IMG/VR virus record: IMGVR_UViG_3300025162_000016
Coordinates: 1-64,000 of that record
Direction: 5' to 3' (one strand)
DNA: 64,000 nucleotides
In this document: positions 56,877-64,000 of the stretch, in pieces
Layout of the letters: every line of letters starts with the position of its first letter
Numbering within the stretch: the stretch's first letter is position 1
Position numbers and translations under genes: made by a program
Notes under the pieces: model-generated
Database searches by the model: none
What the model was told of the DNA's origin: nothing
The model's input: the letters and a program-made list of their open reading frames with translations, nothing else

Positions 56877-56908
56877 CGAAAACGTCGGTTGGAGATATAT
56901 GTATATGA

Positions 56909-59650
56909 ATGAGTTTGTTATCATCATTTGGGAAGCAAGGCGAGACGCTCGGGTTGCTTACCCTTAAAGCGGACATCGAAGATACAGCACAGCTATCTAA
57001 ATATTTCGCATTGACGGAGTTTGACCCTGTTTTTACCGCAGGGAAAAACTCCGTTGCTTTTAATGGATCTAATCTGTTAAAGGATAAATCCGAGGTTAAA
57101 GTCGAATGTATAGATTCTCATGGCAATTCCTTATATATGGAAAATGCCAGAGCAATCAATTCACAGTTCACGGATGCGTCCAAATTTGTTTTAGCGGTTC
57201 ATATCTATGAGGAAGTTTATAATGGACCAGGAAAATTAATCCTTGTAGGAACTACCGTTCGAGGAGAAATCGTCAGATGGATAGGAAACATCACTATAGA
57301 TAAAACCCTCGATAATAGTTCTAAAGTCAGATTTTATTATAAACCCACACTGGAAATCCGTCCTTTATTATATCCACTTATAGATACAGGAGTGGCTCAA
57401 ACAATTTATCCTCCCCTTCCGGCCACAAGAGGCGCAACTGCAATTGCAACTATAACAGGCAAAATCGAGCATATAGAAATTACTATCGGAGGAAGGGACT
57501 ATACATATGCGCAGGTTGGACTTAAGCGTGGTCCATTCTATACACAGTGGGTCAGTGCAGATGTGGTGGTAGATATACATGGAAGTATTATATCCCTTGT
57601 TATAACCGGACAGATGCCACCATGGGAAGGTGTGGTGGAAAGAATAGAAATAAAAGGAGATGGATATGGTGCATTTGGAACTCCAGTCAAGTTAAATCAA
57701 GTTGCGTCTATTATTTTGCAAGATGGCGGAATAGGATATACGTATAACCCTGTAGTTACAATTACCGGAGTTGCTGGAACTGGAGCAACAGCAACCGCAA
57801 CTGTATTTAACAGCGTCGTAACTTCTGTTGAACTCACAAATTCAGGGTCTGGATATACCGCCATTCCTACTGTTAATTTTGAGGTTCCTCCTTATGTTCC
57901 CCCGGCGATATTAAATGTTCCAGTATCTTTTACTGGAAGTTTTTATACGTATGCAACTAATCCGCTTAGAGATGCGGATAAGTTCACACTTAATGCTAAA
58001 CAAACGGAGGTTGATTATCGTCTAATATTATCTGGATCAACCGATGATTTTAAATTAGATTCGCCGACATTTCCTTCTAATTCATTTAATAGTCAAATGG
58101 AAGGACAGACTATTAATTTAAATATAAGTGAAATTTTACTTCCCTTTTCTTATCAAACAGTATCCTCAAGTATAACCCAATCTTTTACAATTAAAAAAGT
58201 AAAGGACAATAAAACCATTCAATTATCGGAACCCTTTTATTATGCGGATGGAAAAAATGAATTTGTTGCTCATATTACTAAAGGAACATTCAATTGTTTA
58301 TATGACTATGTTTTATATAACACAAACCCAGATTCTGTAAAAAAAATAAAAACATCTCCAACTGAAACAGTAAATGTTGAAGAATCTCACGCCGAAATTA
58401 CGTATAGAAATCTCCGAACTTATTCGGGATTTGTAGCTCGACATAAATTATATCGAAAAAGCGCATTTGCTCCGGGCGATTTTCAATTAATTTCAGATGA
58501 ATTATTAGGATCATTAGAGTTATTACAAGACACGGTGACTTTTAATAAATTTTATGATAGAATGGGAGTATTTTATAATCAACTTCATGTTGACAAATAT
58601 TGGTTTACCAGTTCAAACGCTATAAGTGTTCAAGCACAATCTTCTCCTCTTAATTCAATGAAGATTTCGGGAAGTACTCCAACCACGTTTGATGGTCATC
58701 AATATGTTATCATAAAAAATGATTCTACCGGTGGTATTAATGATAATATATATTATCCTTACAACGAAATAGAATTTAATCGACAATCGGGATCATCCTA
58801 CAATGCTAATTTTGTACCTCTTAAGAAAGACGCACTATATGCACTTTCTTTTAATGTGACAATGGAAAAAGAGGCATTGGATACAACTGCCAATGTTGCA
58901 TTCTATTTTACTAGTTCCATTCCCAGTATAAAGTTAGAAAAATCATATGAATCCCCACACGGATTGAAATTAGGAGCGGTATCTACAACAGATAAAACTG
59001 CCATAAAATATTTTACGGATAAACAAGTATTATATTTTACTCCAACTAATGATTATTATGGAACTTTAGTAGTAATACCATATCATTGCAATGTTATATT
59101 ATCGGATATTTCTTTAAAATTGTATGGAGATCATGGGTTTTCTCCGGATATTCTTTTTATTAGAATACCGTTTCCGTTAAAAGTCGCAAATGAAGCATTT
59201 AACTTGAAAGCGGAGTTATTAGATATTAATTCTAATGTGGTTTTTTCTAACATTACATCAACCCAAACGTTTGATACAATTGGCGCTAGTTTGAATGGGG
59301 CTGGAGTTAGTAATTTAAACGCCGTCATTTCAGTTGTACCAACGGACGGCACAACGCCCCCCACGGTTGTAGTTACAGGAACCCCATATCTCCCAGATTT
59401 AGCCGCTGCTACGGATCTTATTAGATTTGTTGGATGGCACATTCCAACCGATGTAGGAGAAAAAGGAAAACTGTGCTATACCAATGTATCTCAATTATTT
59501 ATTGATTCAGACGAATATATTGTATTAAATTCGTATGAAAGTGGAATAGAACATATTGCGAAATCCGTGGCAGTTAGATATGACTTTTCTGTCGGCCAAG
59601 GTCGCAAAATCGTGGTTAATACTCTTGGAGTTAAAGAATCGTTCCCGTAA
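56909..59650 (+). CDS. Structural/tail-associated protein with Gly-rich repeats
   Basis: GGIGYTYNP.V.I and GSGYT..PTV.F repeats. Confidence 0.55.
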   Translation: MSLLSSFGKQGETLGLLTLKADIEDTAQLSKYFALTEFDPVFTAGKNSVAFNGSNLLKDKSEVKVECIDSHGNSLYMENARAINSQFTDASKFVLAVHIYEEVYNGPGKLILVGTTVRGEIVRWIGNITIDKTLDNSSKVRFYYKPTLEIRPLLYPLIDTGVAQTIYPPLPATRGATAIATITGKIEHIEITIGGRDYTYAQVGLKRGPFYTQWVSADVVVDIHGSIISLVITGQMPPWEGVVERIEIKGDGYGAFGTPVKLNQVASIILQDGGIGYTYNPVVTITGVAGTGATATATVFNSVVTSVELTNSGSGYTAIPTVNFEVPPYVPPAILNVPVSFTGSFYTYATNPLRDADKFTLNAKQTEVDYRLILSGSTDDFKLDSPTFPSNSFNSQMEGQTINLNISEILLPFSYQTVSSSITQSFTIKKVKDNKTIQLSEPFYYADGKNEFVAHITKGTFNCLYDYVLYNTNPDSVKKIKTSPTETVNVEESHAEITYRNLRTYSGFVARHKLYRKSAFAPGDFQLISDELLGSLELLQDTVTFNKFYDRMGVFYNQLHVDKYWFTSSNAISVQAQSSPLNSMKISGSTPTTFDGHQYVIIKNDSTGGINDNIYYPYNEIEFNRQSGSSYNANFVPLKKDALYALSFNVTMEKEALDTTANVAFYFTSSIPSIKLEKSYESPHGLKLGAVSTTDKTAIKYFTDKQVLYFTPTNDYYGTLVVIPYHCNVILSDISLKLYGDHGFSPDILFIRIPFPLKVANEAFNLKAELLDINSNVVFSNITSTQTFDTIGASLNGAGVSNLNAVISVVPTDGTTPPTVVVTGTPYLPDLAAATDLIRFVGWHIPTDVGEKGKLCYTNVSQLFIDSDEYIVLNSYESGIEHIAKSVAVRYDFSVGQGRKIVVNTLGVKESFP

Positions 59651-59711
59651 ATATTTATAGAAAAATATAGAAAAATATACTTTTTGAATAAGAATGTTCA
59701 TATATACTAAT

Positions 59712-59876
59712 ATGAAACTATCTCATTGGGCAAAAACTCAAGGCATTACTTACCGGACCGCATGGAATTGGTTTAAAGCAGGGAAAATGCCGGTGAAGAC
59801 TATTCAAACTAAAACCGGAACAATATTGGTTGAAATCTCATCTCCAATTAATTGTATAAAAAAGTCAAAGCCATGA
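59712..59876 (+). pseudogene. tnpA: IS607 TnpA HTH-only derivative (54 aa)
   Basis: MKLSHWAKTQGITYRTAWNWFK closely matches the N-terminus of 11080; TATAGAAAAA repeats upstream (59656-59679). Confidence 0.75.
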
Positions 59877-59921
59877 AATCTGAGTTTTGATGATGTAAAA
59901 TAAGCATATTAAAAAGTAATT

Positions 59922-60569
59922 ATGTATAAGAATAAATCGAATATTTCCATAGTAAAATCTTATTTGGCAGGGGAACGTCCATTTGTGAAGGTAGGATATT
60001 CCGTACCCGAAATTAAACGAGAAATCGGTTCTACCTGGGTTGATAATCAGGATGTAAAATGGGAACAAAAAGATGGATATAAAACCCGAATCAATGAACA
60101 AGCTAATATGATTAAAGCGGCAATGAAACGAAAATGCAAATGTGGACAGGAAATTCAATATGGAAGTAGATTGGATGAAGTATTCTTTTCTAAAACAGGT
60201 AAATGCTTTGATTGTATTATTAAAGAAGAAACCGAATACCGAGTTTTAGGAGTCTATCCTCAATACGAAGCTTTCAAACTTCTATCGAATTATTTAGGAT
60301 TTTTAGAAGATATGAAACAGAAAATTGAAGATAGTATAAAATATTTTCAAACAGAAGATGGAACTTTGCAAATCTTATGTAATAGTGAAGGATTTTTGGA
60401 AAAATTCAAAGGAATAAATACCGAAGAATTATTGGTTTCTGCTAAAAATGATTTGTCCGAAATTACAAAGTTAATTTCAAAAACGTCCAAAGATAAAAAG
60501 AAAGCCAAAAAGACATTTAATGAGGATTTAAAAAAGACCCGAAAGAATTTAACTTCTAGCATAAAATGA
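59922..60569 (+). CDS. Hypothetical protein with Zn-binding CxC..CxxC
   Basis: CKCG..KCFDC. Confidence 0.65.
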   Translation: MYKNKSNISIVKSYLAGERPFVKVGYSVPEIKREIGSTWVDNQDVKWEQKDGYKTRINEQANMIKAAMKRKCKCGQEIQYGSRLDEVFFSKTGKCFDCIIKEETEYRVLGVYPQYEAFKLLSNYLGFLEDMKQKIEDSIKYFQTEDGTLQILCNSEGFLEKFKGINTEELLVSAKNDLSEITKLISKTSKDKKKAKKTFNEDLKKTRKNLTSSIK

Positions 60570-61159
60570 GCGATAATACAGTAAAAAGATCTCTTCAAGA
60601 GATCATTAAAGAAGAATATAAAAAATGCTTAATAGATCCGGTATATTTCATGCGGAAATATGTCAAAATTCAGCATCCTATTCGTGGAACTATAGCGTTC
60701 GATCTTTATCCGTTTCAAGCATCTACGCTGAAAGATTTTGCCGATAATGATTTCAGCATCGTATTGAAATCTCGCCAAATGGGAATATCCACACTAGTAG
60801 CGGCATATTCTCTGTGGCTTATGATTTTTCATAAAGATAAAAATGTACTTATCATTTCTATTAAACAAGACGTATCTAAAGAAATTGTATCAAAAATTCG
60901 ATTTGCAAATGATAATCTTCCGTCTTGGATGAGGGTAGAATGCAAAGAAGATAATCGACTATCACTTAAATTAGCCAATGGATCACAAGTATCAGCGGTC
61001 TCATCTGCTACAACCGCAGGGAGATCCGCAGCACTTAGTCTTTTAGTTTTAGATGAATGTTGCGAAAAATCTACAGTGGTGTATATTCGAAACAAGAAAA
61101 CCGGCGAAACAAAACCGGTAAAAATTGGTGAATTATATGAATCAAATATATACGTGTAA
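60566..61159 (+). CDS. terL: Terminase large subunit N-fragment plus split-intein IntN (33 aa, 61058-61156)
   Basis: LYPFQ, KSRQMGIST, GRS, Walker B LLVLDE then CCEKSTVV..IGELY. Confidence 0.9.
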   Translation: MSDNTVKRSLQEIIKEEYKKCLIDPVYFMRKYVKIQHPIRGTIAFDLYPFQASTLKDFADNDFSIVLKSRQMGISTLVAAYSLWLMIFHKDKNVLIISIKQDVSKEIVSKIRFANDNLPSWMRVECKEDNRLSLKLANGSQVSAVSSATTAGRSAALSLLVLDECCEKSTVVYIRNKKTGETKPVKIGELYESNIYV

Positions 61160-62573
61160 ACTGGATAATAAAGAATGCAAATCGCAGTCAGAATTTGTGG
61201 TTCATTTGAAAAAATGTCATGGATTTAATACGAAAAGTTATTATGATTCGGTGATTAAACCCGGATTAAATGGGAAATGTTTAAATTGTACAAAAGATAC
61301 GATTTTTTTAGGATTGCGGGAGGGATATCAAAAATTTTGTTCTAATAAATGCCGCAGTGAATATTTTAAAAATCACAAGGAGTTGCAAGAGTTACGAACA
61401 CAAAAAATAAAAAAAACTAAGTTAGAAAAATATGGAGACGAAAATTATAATAATGTAGATAAAATGCAGAAAACATGTTTGAAAAAATATGGGAAAATAA
61501 CAGCTACTGGCACCGAAGAATATAATAAAAAACATCGTGAAACTTGTTTAAAGAGATATGGAGTGGAACATCATGCTCAATCCGACGAAGTAAAAAATAA
61601 GTCTAAACAGACATGTTTAAATCATTATGGAGTGGAATATACGTTACAATCAAAGGAAATAAGAGATAGGATAGATAATACTGTTAATGAAAAATATGGC
61701 GGATATACATTGGCATCGAAGACATTATCGGAGAAAATGAAAAATACAATGATAGAGAAGTATGGCGTGGAAAATGCGCTACAAAGTGATGTCATAAAAG
61801 AAAAGCAACGGGCAACCAATCGGGAGAGATATGGAGCATCTGTGCCAACTCAAAATAAAGATGTTATTTTAAAAATGAAGAAAAGTAACATAAAAAAATA
61901 TGGAATTGAGAATACTTTTAATCTTATACAGACAAAAAACACTTTTCTGGAAAAATATAACGTTATAAACCCATCTCAAATACCGGCAGTTCAAGAAAAA
62001 ATTAAGGAAACGTGTCTGGAGAAATATGGTAGTAATACTTTTTTTGCCTCGGATTATGCAAAGGAAAAAATTAAAAATACATGCATGGAACGATATGGAG
62101 TGTCCTGTGTTTTATTGCTCCCCGAAATAAAAGAAAAATCGAAGCAAACCAACATTTTAAAGTATGGAGTTGCACACCCAATGCAAAATTCAATAATTAG
62201 AAACAAAGTAATGTCGGCTATAAATAGAAAGTCGTATAAATTACAACAATATATGACCATTTTTAACGATAATATTGTATATCAATCTCTTCCGGAACTT
62301 GCATTTATTAAGCTGTGCGAATCGAGGGGACTTCGAATTTTAAATGGACCGGTTTTACCGTATATTTTAGATGAAAAAAACAGAATGTATTATTCAGACT
62401 TTTTAATTTCCGACACGAAAAGTCAGCGAATAGTAGAAATTAAAAGAAAGCATGAATGGTGGTTTTCCGGATTAAAATCGGGAGAAATTAAAGCAAAAAC
62501 GAAATGCGCAATAAAATTCAGTAAAGAAAATGGATATTTGCCGTATAAAATCATTTTCGAAAATAAGATATGA
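61137..62573 (+). CDS. Free-standing endonuclease (KTCLEKYG repeats plus PD-(D/E)XK domain) between the intein halves
   Basis: Many xTCLxKYG repeats; YQS..E, Y.SDF, IVEIK. Confidence 0.75.
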   Translation: MNQIYTCKLDNKECKSQSEFVVHLKKCHGFNTKSYYDSVIKPGLNGKCLNCTKDTIFLGLREGYQKFCSNKCRSEYFKNHKELQELRTQKIKKTKLEKYGDENYNNVDKMQKTCLKKYGKITATGTEEYNKKHRETCLKRYGVEHHAQSDEVKNKSKQTCLNHYGVEYTLQSKEIRDRIDNTVNEKYGGYTLASKTLSEKMKNTMIEKYGVENALQSDVIKEKQRATNRERYGASVPTQNKDVILKMKKSNIKKYGIENTFNLIQTKNTFLEKYNVINPSQIPAVQEKIKETCLEKYGSNTFFASDYAKEKIKNTCMERYGVSCVLLLPEIKEKSKQTNILKYGVAHPMQNSIIRNKVMSAINRKSYKLQQYMTIFNDNIVYQSLPELAFIKLCESRGLRILNGPVLPYILDEKNRMYYSDFLISDTKSQRIVEIKRKHEWWFSGLKSGEIKAKTKCAIKFSKENGYLPYKIIFENKI

Positions 62574-64000
62574 GCAATTTTAAAAAAATATCGGATTGGG
62601 AAGTATTAACTCCAAATGGGTGGAGCGAGTTTAAAGGGGTTCAGGTTCGTCAAAAAGATTGTTATATTAAAATGGTATTTGATGATGGAACAATTTTAGA
62701 ATGTTCGGAAAATCATAAAATTAAATTATTAAATGGTAAATTTGAATATGTTAAAAACATTGAACTTGGCACTTCGATTTTAGCATTAAATGGAAATAAA
62801 ATTTTAGTATCTAAAGAGAAGATTGATGGGGAAATTGATTTATATGATTTGATAGAAGTGAAGAAAAACCGGGAATTTTATTCCAACGATATTTTATCAA
62901 GTAATTGTGCATTTATTGAAAAGGCGGAAGAGATTTGGGCGGCAGCCCAGCCCACACTATCTTGTTTAGATAAAAATACACTTATTTTATCCGACATGGG
63001 TTTAATTCGTTTGGAAACTTTTATTAATAGCTCAACTAAACTGGAATTTAATCCTGTAAATATAAAAACACATGATGGCGATAATATGGTTGATGTTTCT
63101 TCTTTTTATAAATCCGAAAAATCGGATTTATATGAAGTGGAATTTGAAAGTGGTGGCAAGATTGTTGGAACCGAGAATCATCCATTAATGACAAAAAGCG
63201 GGTGGAAAACTATTGGGGATTTAAACGAAAATGAGGATGCTGTTTTATGTAAATATTCTCAAAATGTTTTTGGTTCATCTATAGATTATACTAAATTCAA
63301 TCCCAATATTAGGAAGGATGCTATTGTTTATAAATTCTCCAATGAAGAAATTGCTTATTTGTGCGGGATTTGGACCGCTGAAGGTCACATTTGTAAAAAA
63401 ACAGTTGGGATTACTAACACAGATAAAGAAATAACCGATTGGTTAAAAGAAAAAGGATTTAAATGTTATGATGATAGACATTATTATTTAAGTTCGGGTT
63501 GGGTGGTTAATCTTTTAAAATGGATAGGATGTGAAGGAACGGCTCATACAAAACGAATTCCGGAACGAATTCTTGCGGCATCCCAAGAAGAACAAATTGC
63601 GTTTCTTCAAGGATTGTTTGATGGAGATGGTTGTTCATTAGGTTCCAAAGGAATTAAACTTACATCGGGTTCATATGAACTGCTTTCTAATGTGAGAGTT
63701 GTTCTATTGAATATGGGAATAAATTCTTATATACGAAATGCAGTATGGAAATCAACAAAATCCACGGTTATTAAAGATAAAACTAGAATTTTCAGTGGGT
63801 ATGAATTACATATTGGAGGTTTTGACGCCCATTCATTTTATTCTACAATTGGGTTTAGAATTAAAAGAAAACAACTTGGCTGGCAAAAGTTATCAAGAAA
63901 ATCTATTAAACGGATTTTTCCAGATAAGACAATCGTTAAAAACTTAATTCTTGAAAGTGGGATGTCGGTTAGAAAATTTTCAAAAAAACACAAGTGTTAT
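62570..64000 (+). CDS. terL: Split-intein IntC (112 aa) plus 19-aa TerL extein plus second LAGLIDADG intein; runs off the window
   Basis: Open frame to the window end (absent from the ORF track); VLTPNGW, CSENH, ILSSN|CAFIEKAEEIWAAAQPTLS|CLDKNT; YLCGIWTAEG and FLQGLFDGDG. Confidence 0.9.
   Translation, partial: MSNFKKISDWEVLTPNGWSEFKGVQVRQKDCYIKMVFDDGTILECSENHKIKLLNGKFEYVKNIELGTSILALNGNKILVSKEKIDGEIDLYDLIEVKKNREFYSNDILSSNCAFIEKAEEIWAAAQPTLSCLDKNTLILSDMGLIRLETFINSSTKLEFNPVNIKTHDGDNMVDVSSFYKSEKSDLYEVEFESGGKIVGTENHPLMTKSGWKTIGDLNENEDAVLCKYSQNVFGSSIDYTKFNPNIRKDAIVYKFSNEEIAYLCGIWTAEGHICKKTVGITNTDKEITDWLKEKGFKCYDDRHYYLSSGWVVNLLKWIGCEGTAHTKRIPERILAASQEEQIAFLQGLFDGDGCSLGSKGIKLTSGSYELLSNVRVVLLNMGINSYIRNAVWKSTKSTVIKDKTRIFSGYELHIGGFDAHSFYSTIGFRIKRKQLGWQKLSRKSIKRIFPDKTIVKNLILESGMSVRKFSKKHKCY

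Overview
This window is a 64-kb, AT-rich segment of a large tailed (myovirus-like) phage genome. It uses the standard genetic code and almost every gene is on the + strand. Positions 1-16.5 kb are an accessory region. It holds a 166-bp inverted repeat with a promoter and hairpin RNA, an intein-split papain-family protease, a phosphate module (lipoprotein phosphatase, DUF2490-like porin, PstS, Pho-box-like site) and IS200/IS605 and IS607 TnpB elements. It also holds a 7-repeat CRISPR array with no cas gene in the window, a solitary inverted copy of that repeat just downstream of the IS607 tnpB, tRNAs including an 8/4-type tRNA-Ser, and an unclassified structured RNA. Positions 16.5-60 kb carry phoH, Hsp20, a gp55-like sigma factor, baseplate/tail structural genes, a mucin-like Thr-rich virion protein followed by a five-gene glycosylation cassette, a primase and a fused SbcD-SbcC exonuclease. 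The window ends in a terminase large subunit gene fractured by an atypically split intein with a free-standing endonuclease, followed by a second cis intein. Strongest leads: (1) the TnpB/solitary-repeat/Cas-less array arrangement; (2) a virion-glycosylation island inside a split structural gene; (3) the atypical split TerL intein; (4) a shared N-terminal MIKLKxLLxE capsid-targeting-like tag on enzyme cargo; (5) the 8/4 tRNA-Ser with its upstream ncRNA. All functional calls come from motif recognition by eye. No database searches were run.
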